Positions 44,980 through 55,223 of a stretch of DNA of 64,000 bases are shown one piece after another (the first letter of the stretch is position 1; the number at the start of each line of letters is the position of its first letter). Made by a program: the position numbers and the translations under genes. This DNA comes from Candidatus Fervidifonticultor sextus (GTDB taxonomy: Bacteria > Sysuimicrobiota > Sysuimicrobiia > Sysuimicrobiales > Humicultoraceae): assembly GCA_031459875.1 (NCBI GenBank), contig JAVKHQ010000012.1, forward strand, positions 14,848 to 78,847. The letters are read 5' to 3'. Below the pieces are notes generated by a model, which saw nothing but the letters and a program-made list of their open reading frames with translations, did no database searches and was not told the DNA's origin.

Positions 44980-46899
44980 GTGACCGCCAGGGTCACGTTC
45001 CAGCCGGACGGCCGCACGGTCGCCGTGGAGGTCGGCCAGACGCTGCTGGATGCGGCGCTGGCTGCCGGCGTGCCCCTCAACAGCGTCTGCGGGGGCCGCG
45101 GCATCTGCCAGCGGTGCCGGGTCGTGGTGCGCGACGACGGCGTGGAGGTCGACGAGTCGGGGCGGCTGCCGGGCGGGGAGGAGGTCCTGGCGTGCCTGAG
45201 CCGCGTCGTGGGGGATCTGGCCGTGGAGGTTCCGGTCACCTCCCGCGTCGAGGGGGACCAGATCCTGCTGGGCACCGAACGGTGGGCCGGCCCGTTCCTG
45301 CCGATGCCGGAAGAGGCCGTCGCCACGCTGCCGCGTGCGGCGGGCCTGTTCGTCCCCAGCCCGCTGGCGTTTGCCCTCCCTCTGGAACTCCCGCCCCCGA
45401 CCCTCCACGACTGCGCCAGCGACCTGCAGCGCCTGCTGCGGGAACTCCGCCGGCAGCGCAACATCCAGGAGGTTCGCATCCCCCAGGAGGTCCTGCGGCG
45501 TCTTCCCAGGATCCTGCGGGAGGCCGGGTGGGCGGTGACCGCGATCCTGACCCGGGTGAACATGGGGTACGAACTGGCCGACCTCCTGCCCGGGGCGCGC
45601 GGCGCCCGGGCCTTCGGGGTGGCCGTGGATGTCGGCACCACCACCGTCGTCGTGCACCTGGTGGACCTCGAGCGCGGAGCCACCCTCGGTGCGGCGGCCG
45701 CCCTCAACCGACAGATCGCGTGGGGGGACGATGTCATCTCCCGCATCATCCACGCCGGCGAACCCGGGGGGCTGGAGCGGCTGCACACCGCGGCGCTGGA
45801 GACGGTCAACCTCCTGATCGGCGGGCTGGCGCGCACCCACCGGGTGGCCCGCGACGAGATCATCGGCGCGGTCTGTGCCGGCAACACCACGATGCTCCAC
45901 CTGTTCCTGGGACTGCCGCCCGACGAGATCCGCCGGGAGCCCTACATCCCGGTGGCGACGGCCCCTCCCAGCGCCCACGCGGGCGAGGTGGGCCTGCGCA
46001 TCCACCCACGGGCCCTGGTGGCTGTCATGCCGGGCGTCAGCAGTTACGTGGGCGGCGACATCACCGCCGATGTGCTGGCCGCCGGCATGGACCGCACCGA
46101 CGAACTGTCCATGCTCATCGACGTCGGGACCAACGGCGAGACCGTCATCGGCAACCGGGAGTTCCTGGTCTGCTGCGCCTGCTCGGCCGGGCCGGCGTTC
46201 GAAGGGGGCGGCATCACCTGGGGGATGCGTGCGGCCAAAGGCGCCATCCAGCGGGTCGAGGTCACGCCGGAGGGGACCTTCAGGTGGACGACCATCGGCG
46301 GGACCAGGCCCCGGGGGATCTGCGGATCGGGCCTGGTGGACCTGCTGGCCGAGTTGCTGCGGGCGGGCTTCATGGATCGGGCGGGGCGGCTGCGGCCGGA
46401 CGCGCCGGCAGTCCGCCAGGGGCCCGACGGGTTGGAGGTTGTCGTCGTGCCTGCGTCTGAGTCGGGCGCCGCGCGGGACATCGTGCTGACCGCCGCCGAC
46501 ATCGAGAACCTGCTCCGTGCCAAAGCGGCCGTCTACGCCGGGGCCTCGGTGCTGGCCAGACGCCTGGGGATCGAGATCCAACAGATCCAGCGCATCTACG
46601 TGGCGGGCGGCTTCGGGACCTTCCTGGACATCCGCAAGGCCATCCTGATCGGCCTGCTGCCCGATGTCCCGCCCGAGCGGGTGATCTTCATCGGCAACGG
46701 TTCCGTGGTCGGCGCCAAGATGGCGCTGCTCTCCTACGAGGTCTGGCGCCGGGCGGCCGAGGTGGCCCAGACGATGACCTACCGCGAGCTCAGCACGGAT
46801 GCCGCCTTCATGGAGGAGTACGTGTCGGCCACGTTTCTGCCACACACGGACTGTGCCCGGTTCCCGCGGGTCTGCGCGGAACTGGGGATGCAGGCCTGA
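44980..46899 (+). CDS. acsV: Corrinoid reductive activator (RACo/AcsV; [2Fe-2S] + ASKHA ATPase)
   Basis: CGGRGICQRC...LAC, DVGTTT, GDDVISRI, AGNTTM, DVGTNGE, SAGPAFEG, GICGSG. Confidence 0.92.
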   Translation: MTARVTFQPDGRTVAVEVGQTLLDAALAAGVPLNSVCGGRGICQRCRVVVRDDGVEVDESGRLPGGEEVLACLSRVVGDLAVEVPVTSRVEGDQILLGTERWAGPFLPMPEEAVATLPRAAGLFVPSPLAFALPLELPPPTLHDCASDLQRLLRELRRQRNIQEVRIPQEVLRRLPRILREAGWAVTAILTRVNMGYELADLLPGARGARAFGVAVDVGTTTVVVHLVDLERGATLGAAAALNRQIAWGDDVISRIIHAGEPGGLERLHTAALETVNLLIGGLARTHRVARDEIIGAVCAGNTTMLHLFLGLPPDEIRREPYIPVATAPPSAHAGEVGLRIHPRALVAVMPGVSSYVGGDITADVLAAGMDRTDELSMLIDVGTNGETVIGNREFLVCCACSAGPAFEGGGITWGMRAAKGAIQRVEVTPEGTFRWTTIGGTRPRGICGSGLVDLLAELLRAGFMDRAGRLRPDAPAVRQGPDGLEVVVVPASESGAARDIVLTAADIENLLRAKAAVYAGASVLARRLGIEIQQIQRIYVAGGFGTFLDIRKAILIGLLPDVPPERVIFIGNGSVVGAKMALLSYEVWRRAAEVAQTMTYRELSTDAAFMEEYVSATFLPHTDCARFPRVCAELGMQA

Positions 46900-46914
46900 G
46901 GGGGACCGATCGGC

Positions 46915-47679
46915 ATGCCATACGTGCTGGCGGTGGCCGGCAAGGGCGGGACGGGGAAGACGACCCTGGCGGGCCTGATCGTGCGATCGTGGCTGCGGAC
47001 CGGCCGCACTCCCGTCCTGGCCGTGGACGCGGACCCCAACACCAACCTCGATGTCGTCCTGGGCCTGCATCCCTCCAGGACGATCTCGGACGTCCTCGAC
47101 GCCACCAAGGGGATGCGGGATGTGCCGTCCGCCATGCCCCGGACGACCTACCTCCAGTACCATCTCGAGGAGTGTCTGTGTGAAGGGCGCGGTGTGGACC
47201 TGATCGTCATGGGCCGGCCCGAGGGCCCCGGGTGCTACTGTGCGGCCAACCACCTGCTCCGCGGGCACCTCGACCGGCTGATGGGCAGCTACCCCTACGT
47301 GGTGATGGACAACGAGGCCGGGATGGAGCACCTCTCCCGCCGGACCACCCGGGACGTGGACCTGCTGCTCATCGTCAGCGACCCCACCCTGGCCGGACTG
47401 AAGGCGGCCAGGCGGATCCAGGGGCTGGTGGGCGAGCTCAAGCTGGCGGTCCGGGAGATCGGTCTGGTCATCAACCGGGCCGACGGGCTGCCACCCGCCG
47501 TGGAGCACAGCCTCGGGGAGGACGGCCTCCGCGTGGTGGGGACCGTGCCCGAAGACCCTCTGGTGGTGGCCTACGAACTGGAAGGCCGGCCACTGCTCGA
47601 CCTTCCCGACGAGGCGCCATCCGCCCGCGCGGTCAGCGCGATCCTCTCCTCGACACAGCCGGCGGCGGTGGGTCCATGA
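46915..47679 (+). CDS. acsF: CooC2/AcsF nickel-insertion ATPase
   Basis: AGKGGTGKTT, MGRPEGPGCYC, DNEAGMEHLSR. Confidence 0.9.
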   Translation: MPYVLAVAGKGGTGKTTLAGLIVRSWLRTGRTPVLAVDADPNTNLDVVLGLHPSRTISDVLDATKGMRDVPSAMPRTTYLQYHLEECLCEGRGVDLIVMGRPEGPGCYCAANHLLRGHLDRLMGSYPYVVMDNEAGMEHLSRRTTRDVDLLLIVSDPTLAGLKAARRIQGLVGELKLAVREIGLVINRADGLPPAVEHSLGEDGLRVVGTVPEDPLVVAYELEGRPLLDLPDEAPSARAVSAILSSTQPAAVGP

Positions 47680-48281
47680 GCGTCTACCTGAGCACCTACG
47701 ACGGCCTGCGCGCGCGGCTCGGCTCGCAGGACCTGGACCGCCTGGCGGCGCGCAGCGGCGCCAGGCGGCTGAGCGAGGACCGGCTCGGGCTTCGGTGTGC
47801 CGGACGCGAGTACGTCGTCCATCTCCCCGACGGCACGGTGCTCCAGGCCGACGGTGGCGCGGCCGAGGTGGAGGTGGCCATCCTCCTGCTCCTGTATCTG
47901 CTGGAGGCGACCGGCCGGGCCCTGGAGGGTCGGTGGATCTCGTTCGAGCAGCTCCCCGGGGGCCCGGGCTACCTGGCGTCGTTCCGCGGCCGGGTCGTGG
48001 CCCCCATTCTGCAGGCGTTCGGGCAGCATCCCGAGCGGCTGCTGGAAGCGGCCCGGAGCCTGGACGGCGAGCCGATGTCGCTGGGAGACGTGGCGGTGCG
48101 CATCCCCGCGCTGCCCTGCGTCCCCATCGTCTATGTGCTCTGGCGGGGCGACGAGGAGTTTCCGCCCGGCGTCTCGGTCGTCTTCGACGCCTCGGTGGAA
48201 GGCTACCTGGACGCCGAGGTCCTGACCGCGCTGGCCGAACTGGTGACCAGGCGGCTGGTCGCCGCCACCAAGGAGGTGTAG
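47676..48281 (+). CDS. DUF3786-like protein
   Basis: ILLLLYL, WISF..LPGG, LWRGDEEFP...VFD; ATGA overlap; typical acs-cluster passenger. Confidence 0.75.
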   Translation: MSVYLSTYDGLRARLGSQDLDRLAARSGARRLSEDRLGLRCAGREYVVHLPDGTVLQADGGAAEVEVAILLLLYLLEATGRALEGRWISFEQLPGGPGYLASFRGRVVAPILQAFGQHPERLLEAARSLDGEPMSLGDVAVRIPALPCVPIVYVLWRGDEEFPPGVSVVFDASVEGYLDAEVLTALAELVTRRLVAATKEV

Positions 48282-48285
48282 GGGC

Positions 48286-49263
48286 GTGCCCGTGGAGTTG
48301 GTTCGCGAGACCTGGCCCGGCAGGATCTTCACCGTCACCATCGGGGCCACCGCCGCCGAGGGCGGCACGCGAGCCAGCACGGTCACCATCGGCGGCCATG
48401 CCGCCCTCCCGTTCCTCCCGGGGGATGCTCCTAGTCCCCACCCACCGGTGGTCGCCATGGAGGTCATGGACGCGGTGCCCCCGGACTGGCCGGAGACCCT
48501 GCGCCGGCCGCTGGCGGATGTCCTGGACTCACCGGCCGACTGGGCCCGCAAGTGCGTCGAGGAGTACGGCGCCGAGCTCATCACCCTGCGCCTGTGGAGC
48601 CCGCACCCCGACTGGAAGGACGCCTCACCGGATGCCGCAGCGGCCACGGTCCGGGCGGTCCTGGACGCCGTGTCCGTGCCGCTAGTCATCCTGGGCTGCG
48701 ACCATGCCGACAAGGACAACGAGGTCTGGCCGCGCGTCACCGAGGTGGCCAGGGGCGAGCGGTGCCTGGTGGGTGTGGCGGTCCCCGAGAACTACAAGAC
48801 GCTCGTCGTCGCCGCTCTGGCCGACGGGCACGCCGTCCTGGCCCAGGCGCCCATCGACATCAACATCCAGAAGCAGCTCACCATCCTCATCACCGAGATG
48901 GGGCTCCCCCCGGATCGCATCGTCCTGCACCCCGGGACCGCGTCGCTGGGCTACGGGCTGGAGTACGAGTACTCGATCATGGAGCGCATTCGCCTGGCCG
49001 GCCTGCAGGGCGACAGGATGCTGGCGCAGCCCATGGCGGCCATCATCGGCGAGGAGGCGTGGAAGGCCAAGGAAGCGCGGCTGACCGAGGCCGAGATGCC
49101 CGCGTGGGGGTCAGCCGAGCGCCGCGGCCCGGCGTGGGAAGCCGCGACCGCGGCGGCGTTCCTCCATGCGGGCGCCGACCTGGTGGTGTTGCTGCATCCC
49201 GAGGCGGTGGCGGCCACCAGGCGGACGATCGCCGCCCTGACGGCAGTGCCGGCACCGGCGTAG
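48286..49263 (+). CDS. acsD: Corrinoid Fe-S protein small subunit
   Basis: PADWARKCV..YGAE, PIDINIQKQL, LGYGLEY.YS.MERIRLA.L.GD.ML. Confidence 0.95.
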   Translation: MPVELVRETWPGRIFTVTIGATAAEGGTRASTVTIGGHAALPFLPGDAPSPHPPVVAMEVMDAVPPDWPETLRRPLADVLDSPADWARKCVEEYGAELITLRLWSPHPDWKDASPDAAAATVRAVLDAVSVPLVILGCDHADKDNEVWPRVTEVARGERCLVGVAVPENYKTLVVAALADGHAVLAQAPIDINIQKQLTILITEMGLPPDRIVLHPGTASLGYGLEYEYSIMERIRLAGLQGDRMLAQPMAAIIGEEAWKAKEARLTEAEMPAWGSAERRGPAWEAATAAAFLHAGADLVVLLHPEAVAATRRTIAALTAVPAPA

Positions 49264-49273
49264 GAGGAGGGCC

Positions 49274-50059
49274 ATGTTCATCATCGGTGAGCGGATCAAC
49301 GGCATGTTCCGGTCCGTGGCCCGGGCGATCCGGGACCGCGACGCCAATGCCATCGCCGACCTGGCACGCCGCCAGGTGGCCACCGGCGCCCATGCCCTGG
49401 ACATCAACACGGGGCCCACCGCCGACGACCCGGCCGAGGTGATGATCTGGCTGGTGCAGACGGTGCAGGAGGCGACCGACGTGCCGCTGTCCATCGACAG
49501 CGCCAGGCCGCCGGTCATCGCTGCGGGACTGCGCGCCTGTCGGCGGCCGGCGATCATCAACTCGACGACCGGCGCCAAAGCCAAGCTGGACGCCCTGCTC
49601 CCGCTGGCCAAGGAGTACGGAGCCGGCCTCATTGCGCTGACCAACGACGAGCGCGGCATCCCCCGCAATGCAGCGGCCAGAGCCGAGATCGCCCTCACCA
49701 TCGTGGCGCGGGCGATGGAAGCCGGCATCCCCACCGATCGCCTCTACCTGGACCCGATTGTGCTCCCCGTCAACGCCGCCCAGGACCAGTGCAAGGAGGC
49801 GCTGGAGGCCGTGGCGATGTTCAGGACGCTGTGTGAGCCGGCTCCGCACATCCTCCTGGGGCTGAGCAACGTCTCCCAGGGCACGACCAACCGGAGCCTG
49901 ATCAACCGCACCTACCTGGTCATGGCCATGGCCCTGGGATGCGACGCGGCGATTCTGGACCCGATGGACCGCGACCTGATGGATGCGATCCGCACCGCCC
50001 GCATCCTGCTCAACCGGGAGATCTATGCCGAGAGTTACCTCCAGTCGCAGCCGGCGTAG
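49274..50059 (+). CDS. acsE: Methyltetrahydrofolate:corrinoid methyltransferase
   Basis: IIGERING, LSIDS, IINST, LGLSNVSQG, LINRTYL. Confidence 0.95.
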   Translation: MFIIGERINGMFRSVARAIRDRDANAIADLARRQVATGAHALDINTGPTADDPAEVMIWLVQTVQEATDVPLSIDSARPPVIAAGLRACRRPAIINSTTGAKAKLDALLPLAKEYGAGLIALTNDERGIPRNAAARAEIALTIVARAMEAGIPTDRLYLDPIVLPVNAAQDQCKEALEAVAMFRTLCEPAPHILLGLSNVSQGTTNRSLINRTYLVMAMALGCDAAILDPMDRDLMDAIRTARILLNREIYAESYLQSQPA

Positions 50060-50074
50060 GAGGAGGGGAGGAAC

Positions 50075-50542
50075 GTGGCCGGGTGGGCGCTGGGCAAGAC
50101 CGTAGACGAACTCGCGGTGGGCGAGAGGGCATCCATCACCAAGATCGTCACCGAGACGGACATCCACCTCTACGTCGGCATGACCGGAGACCTCAACCCG
50201 CTCTACGTGGACGAGGCGTACGCGGCGCAGACGCGGTACCGTGGCCGGATCGCGCCCGGCATCCTGACCGCCGGTCAGGTCATTGCGGTCATCAGCACCA
50301 AGCTGCCGGGCCCGGGCACGATCCTGGAACAGCAGGAGTTCCGGTTTACGGCGCCGGTGCGGCCCGGCGATGCGCTCACCGCCTTCGTCGAGGTGGTGGA
50401 GGTCCTGCCGTCGCGCGGCCGCGCGCGGCTGCGCACGGTCTGCAAGAACCAGGACGGCGTCGTCGTCCTCGACGGCGAGGTCGTCGTCCTGCCGCCCCCG
50501 CGCGTGCATGCCGGCGCGGGCGGCGTGGGGGAGCGCCGGTGA
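50075..50542 (+). CDS. MaoC-family hot-dog-fold protein (catalytic His replaced)
   Basis: TGDLNPLYVD..YA, GRIAPG, LPGPG, F.APV..GD. Confidence 0.85.
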   Translation: MAGWALGKTVDELAVGERASITKIVTETDIHLYVGMTGDLNPLYVDEAYAAQTRYRGRIAPGILTAGQVIAVISTKLPGPGTILEQQEFRFTAPVRPGDALTAFVEVVEVLPSRGRARLRTVCKNQDGVVVLDGEVVVLPPPRVHAGAGGVGERR

Positions 50543-51873
50543 CCTACCAGGAGACGCTGGCCTACCTCGAGGGACTGCTGGCCAGGCGCCCCGCGGCACC
50601 GTCCTACACGCCCGTGAAGCTGGAGCGGATGCGGAGCCTGTGCGCGCTACTCGGCCATCCCGAGCGGACGTTTCCGGCGGTGCTGGTGGCGGGGACCAAG
50701 GGGAAAGGGTCCACCGCGGCCATGGTCGCCGCCATGGCCCACGCCGCCGGCTGGCGCGTGGGCCTCTACACCAAGCCCCACCTGGCCGACTTCCGCGAGC
50801 GGATCCGCATCGACGGGGAGATGATCCCCCCAGGCGAGGTCGCCGGTCTGATGGAGCATCTGCGGGGTGCCATCGCCGCCGGGGACGGCGGACCGGGCTG
50901 GCCGCCCACGTACTTCGAGGTCGCGGCGGCGCTGGCGTTCCTGCACTTCGCCCGGCAGCGGGTCGATCTGGCCGTCGTCGAGGTCGGGATCGGCGGCCGG
51001 CTCGACGCAGCCAACGTCGTCGAACCGCGCGTCTCCGTCATCACGACCGTGGACTACGACCACACCGATCTGTTCGGACACAACCTGCGCCGGATCGCCG
51101 CCGAGGACGCCGGGATCATCCGTCCGGGCGGCGTCGTGGTGACGGCCCCGCAACCCGCCCCCGCCCGGCACGTCATCGAGGCGGCCGCGCAGGGCCAGGG
51201 CGCCACGCTGATCCGCGTCGGCCAGGAGGTTCGGTACCGGACGCTGCGGGCGACGCCGGGGGGCGTGCACCTGACGATCTGGGGGCAGGCCCGGCGCTAC
51301 CGCGACCTGACCGTGCCGCTAGTGGGCCGCCACCAGGCGATCAACGCGGCGGTCGCTGTCGGCGTGGTGGAAGCGCTGGGCGCCGCGGGGCTCCCGATCA
51401 GCGAGGCCGCCGTCCGATCGGGGCTGACGGGTCTGCGGTGGCCGGCCCGGGTCGAGATCGTCCGGCACGCTCCGACCGTCATCGTGGACGTGGCCCACAA
51501 CGCGGTCTCGTTCCGGGCGCTGCGGGCCGTGCTGGACGAGATGTTCCCCAGCCGCCGGGTCGTGCTGGTCATCGGGTTGCTGGGCAACAAGGACATCTCC
51601 CGCATCGCGCGGATCATTGGCCCCCGCGCGGCTGCAGTGGTGGCGACCAGGGCCCACGACCGGCGGGCGCTGCCCGCCGCCGAGGTGGCCGCGGCGTTCC
51701 GGCCCCTGGTGCCCGAGGTCAGCATGGTGGACGACCCGGTGGAGGCTGCAGACGCCGCCCTCTCTGGGGGCGGCTGTGAGGACCTGATCTGCGTCACCGG
51801 ATCGTTTCACGTGGCCGGGCCCGTGCGCACCCACCTGGTCGGGGAGGCGGCGGTGCCCGTCGCGGCGCTGTGA
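50539..51873 (+). CDS. folC: Folylpolyglutamate synthase/dihydrofolate synthase
   Basis: AGTKGKGST, PHL...ERI, TYFE, EVGIGGRLDA.N, WPAR.E, DVAHN, VTGSF. Confidence 0.93.
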   Translation: MTYQETLAYLEGLLARRPAAPSYTPVKLERMRSLCALLGHPERTFPAVLVAGTKGKGSTAAMVAAMAHAAGWRVGLYTKPHLADFRERIRIDGEMIPPGEVAGLMEHLRGAIAAGDGGPGWPPTYFEVAAALAFLHFARQRVDLAVVEVGIGGRLDAANVVEPRVSVITTVDYDHTDLFGHNLRRIAAEDAGIIRPGGVVVTAPQPAPARHVIEAAAQGQGATLIRVGQEVRYRTLRATPGGVHLTIWGQARRYRDLTVPLVGRHQAINAAVAVGVVEALGAAGLPISEAAVRSGLTGLRWPARVEIVRHAPTVIVDVAHNAVSFRALRAVLDEMFPSRRVVLVIGLLGNKDISRIARIIGPRAAAVVATRAHDRRALPAAEVAAAFRPLVPEVSMVDDPVEAADAALSGGGCEDLICVTGSFHVAGPVRTHLVGEAAVPVAAL

Positions 51874-51883
51874 GGAGGGCCTC

Positions 51884-52576
51884 ATGATCATCGCCGAGCG
51901 CAAGCCCCTGGACGCCATCCTGAGCATGATCGCCCCCTACCGCAAGGTCCTGCTGGTCGGCTGCGGGACCTGCGCGTCGGTCTGCCTGGCGGGCGGGGCG
52001 CGTGAGGTCGCGGAAACGGCCTCGCTGCTGAGGATGGCACGGCAGAGTCGGGGGGAGCCCCCGCTGGCAGTCCTGGAGGCTACCCAGCACCGCCAGTGCG
52101 ACAGGGAGTTCCTCCTGCCGCTGGCCGCCCAGGTGGAGGAGGCTGAGGCCGTGGTCTCGATGGCCTGCGGCGCGGGGGTGCAGCTATTGGCCGAGACCTT
52201 TCCCGGCCGCCGCGTGCTCCCGGCGCTCGACACCAGGTTCATCGGGGTCGCGGTCGAGCCGGGGTGGTGGGCCGAGCGGTGCCGCGGGTGCGGCGAGTGC
52301 ATCCTGGACCGTACCGGGGGGATCTGTCCGTTCGCGCGGTGTTCGAAGGGGCTCCTCAACGGCCCCTGCGGGGGCTACCGCCACGGAAAGTGCGAGGTCG
52401 ACCCCGCCGTAGACTGCGGATGGCTGCTGATCTTTGAGCGCCTGAAGGCGCTGGGAGAACTGGAGCGGCTTCGTGACATCTGGGGGCCCAAGGACTGGTC
52501 GGTGGCCGCGGTCGGCCGGATGCGGCAGCTGGTCCGGGACGATGTGAGAACGGCACGCGAGGAGGAACCCGTATGA
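51884..52576 (+). CDS. metV: Methylene-THF reductase small Fe-S/Zn subunit MetV
   Basis: GCGTC...C..GG, RQCD, ACGAGVQ, CRGCGEC, GICP..RCSKGLLNGPCGG, C.W. Confidence 0.92.
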   Translation: MIIAERKPLDAILSMIAPYRKVLLVGCGTCASVCLAGGAREVAETASLLRMARQSRGEPPLAVLEATQHRQCDREFLLPLAAQVEEAEAVVSMACGAGVQLLAETFPGRRVLPALDTRFIGVAVEPGWWAERCRGCGECILDRTGGICPFARCSKGLLNGPCGGYRHGKCEVDPAVDCGWLLIFERLKALGELERLRDIWGPKDWSVAAVGRMRQLVRDDVRTAREEEPV

Positions 52577-54303
52577 GTGCAGTGGCGCCTCTTCCTACCA
52601 CGCCCGCGAAGAGCGACTTAGAGATCGCCCAGGAAGCCACCCTGCTCCCCATCGTGGAGGTCGCCAGGCGGCTGGGGCTGTCCGAGGACGACCTCGACCT
52701 CTACGGCAAGTACAAGGCGAAGATCCACCTGGACGTCATGGACCGTCTGGCGTCTTGTCCCGACGGCAAGTACGTCATGGTGACGGCGATCACGCCGACG
52801 CCGCTGGGCGAGGGCAAGACCACCACGGCCATCGGACTGGGCATGGCGCTCAACCGGCTGGGCCACAGGACGATCAACACGCTGCGCCAGCCGTCGATGG
52901 GTCCGACGTTCGGCATCAAGGGCGGCGCGGCCGGCGGCGGCTACGCCCAGGCCGTGCCCATGGAGGACTTCAACCTCCACTTCACCGGCGACATCCACGC
53001 CGTCAGCGCGGCCCACAACCTGCTGGCGGCGATGCTGGATGCCCACATCATGCATGGCAATGAACTGGGCATCGACCCGTACTCCATCACCTGGCCGCGG
53101 GTGGTGGACATCAGCGATCGGGCGCTGCGGAACATCATCATCGGGCTGGGGACCAAGGAGGACGGCCGGCCGCGGCAGACCGGGTTCGACATCAGCGTGG
53201 CCAGCGAGGTCATGGCGATCCTGGCCCTGGCCTCCGACCTGGCCGACCTGCGTCGGCGCCTGGGCCGGATCGTCGTGGGCACCACCGAGGCCGGCCGGCC
53301 GGTCACCGCCGAGGACCTCAAGGCCGCCGGCGCCATGGCGGTCCTGCTCAAGGACGCGCTGATGCCCAACCTGATCCAGACCCTGGAGAACACCCCGGTC
53401 ATCGTGCACGCCGGACCGTTCGCCAACATCGCCCACGGCAACAACTCCATCGTGGCCGACAAGATCGCCCTCAAACTGGCCGACTACGTGATCACCGAGA
53501 GCGGCTTTGGGGCCGACTGCGGCGCCGAGAAGATGATCAACATCAAGTGCCGCTACTCCGGTCTGAAACTCAACGCCGCCGTGATCGTCGCCACGATCCG
53601 GGCCCTCAAGATGCACGGAGGGGTGGGCCGCGTGGTCCCGGGCCGGCCGCTGCCCCCTGAACTGGTGGCCGAGAACGTCGAGGCCGTGTCCCGCGGCTGC
53701 GAGAACCTCCAGAAGCACATCGAGAACATGCGGCTCCACGGCCTGCCGGTCGTCGTGGCGATCAACCTGTTCCCCACCGACACCGAGCGGGAGGTCGAGG
53801 CGGTGCGCAAGGCGTCGCTGGCCGCCGGCGCCCTCGATGCGGTCACCAGCGACCACCACGCGAAAGGCGGCGCGGGTGCCATCGAGCTGGCCAGGGCCGT
53901 CATCGAGGCGGCCGCGCAGCCCAGCCAGATGACCTTTCTTTACCCGCTGGAGGCCTCCATCAAGGAGAAGATCGAGGCGATCGCCACCAAGATCTACGGG
54001 GCCGACGGGGTGGACTACGAACCCCTGGCCGAACAGAAGATCCGGCTCTACACCATGCTGGGGTACGACCGGCTGCCCATCAACATGGCCAAGACGCACC
54101 TGTCGCTGTCACACGACCCCAATCGCAAGGGTCGGCCGCGGAACTTCCGCCTGCCCATCCGCGACGTGCGCGCCTCGGTGGGCGCCGGGTTCCTCTACCC
54201 GCTGTGCGGGGAGATGCGCACCATGCCCGGGCTGCCCAAGACGCCGGCGGCCACGAAGGTCGACCTCGACCTGACGACTGGAAAGGTGGTGGGCCTCTTC
54301 TAG
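52573..54303 (+). CDS. fhs: Formate--tetrahydrofolate ligase
   Basis: TAITPTPLGEGKTT, KGGAAGGGY, NLHFTGD, HAGPFANIAHG, TESGFGAD.GAEK, MPGLP. Confidence 0.97.
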   Translation: MSAVAPLPTTPAKSDLEIAQEATLLPIVEVARRLGLSEDDLDLYGKYKAKIHLDVMDRLASCPDGKYVMVTAITPTPLGEGKTTTAIGLGMALNRLGHRTINTLRQPSMGPTFGIKGGAAGGGYAQAVPMEDFNLHFTGDIHAVSAAHNLLAAMLDAHIMHGNELGIDPYSITWPRVVDISDRALRNIIIGLGTKEDGRPRQTGFDISVASEVMAILALASDLADLRRRLGRIVVGTTEAGRPVTAEDLKAAGAMAVLLKDALMPNLIQTLENTPVIVHAGPFANIAHGNNSIVADKIALKLADYVITESGFGADCGAEKMINIKCRYSGLKLNAAVIVATIRALKMHGGVGRVVPGRPLPPELVAENVEAVSRGCENLQKHIENMRLHGLPVVVAINLFPTDTEREVEAVRKASLAAGALDAVTSDHHAKGGAGAIELARAVIEAAAQPSQMTFLYPLEASIKEKIEAIATKIYGADGVDYEPLAEQKIRLYTMLGYDRLPINMAKTHLSLSHDPNRKGRPRNFRLPIRDVRASVGAGFLYPLCGEMRTMPGLPKTPAATKVDLDLTTGKVVGLF

Positions 54304-54322
54304 GCGCACCGGGAGAGCGGCC

Positions 54323-55222
54323 ATGACACTGCGCGAGGCGCTGGCTGGCGGGACCTTCGTCGTCACCGTGGAGGCGGCGCCGCCCAAGGGGATCGCGGTG
54401 GAGGCGGCGCTGGCGGAGGCGGAAGCCCTGCGGGGGCGTGTGCAGGCCTTCAACGTGACCGACCAGCAGTCGTCCGTGATGCGCCTGGGTTCGCTGGCGC
54501 TGTGCCACCTGCTGGCCGAGCGCGGGCTGGAACCCGTCTACCAGGTCACCTGCCGCGACCGCAACCGGATCGCGCTCCAGTCCGACCTGCTGTCCGCCGC
54601 GGCGCTGGGGATCGAGAACGTGCTCTGCCTGACCGGCGACCACGTGAGCCTCGGCGACCACCCTCAGGCCAAGCCCGTGTTCGACCTGGACGCCGTGACG
54701 TTGCTGGCGGCCGCGCGGGAACTTGCGCGCGGCCGCGACCTGGCCGGGAAAGCGTTGACAGGCATCCCCCGCTTCTTCCTGGGAGCCGTGGTGAGCCCGT
54801 GCGCCGATCCGGTGGAACCCCAGATCCTCAAGATGGAGAAGAAGGTCCGCGCGGGCGCCGAGTTCTTCCAGACCCAGGCGGTTTTCGATCTGGACCGCTT
54901 CGCCGCGTTTCAGGAGGCTACCCGCGGCCTGGGGGTGCCGGTGATCGCGGGCATCGTCCTGCTCAAGTCCGCCAAGATGGCCCGCTTCATGAACCAGAAC
55001 ATCCCGGGCATCGTGGTGCCCGAGCCGCTCATCGCCGAGATGGAGTCCGCCGGGGACGCCCGGAGCCGCGAGCAGGCCAGCCTCGGGATCGCTGCCCGCC
55101 TGATCCGCGGCCTGCGGCCGCTGGCGGCCGGCGTCCACATCATGGCCATGGGATGGGAGCACCTGATCCCGCGCCTGCTGGAGGCGGCCGACCTGTCGGC
55201 GCAGACGGTGGAGGCGGCGTGA
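54323..55222 (+). CDS. metF: Methylene-THF reductase catalytic subunit MetF
   Basis: PPKG, NVTD, TCRDRNRIALQSDL, LTGDH...GDHP, KK..AGA.F.QTQ. Confidence 0.94.
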   Translation: MTLREALAGGTFVVTVEAAPPKGIAVEAALAEAEALRGRVQAFNVTDQQSSVMRLGSLALCHLLAERGLEPVYQVTCRDRNRIALQSDLLSAAALGIENVLCLTGDHVSLGDHPQAKPVFDLDAVTLLAAARELARGRDLAGKALTGIPRFFLGAVVSPCADPVEPQILKMEKKVRAGAEFFQTQAVFDLDRFAAFQEATRGLGVPVIAGIVLLKSAKMARFMNQNIPGIVVPEPLIAEMESAGDARSREQASLGIAARLIRGLRPLAAGVHIMAMGWEHLIPRLLEAADLSAQTVEAA

Positions 55223-55223
55223 C

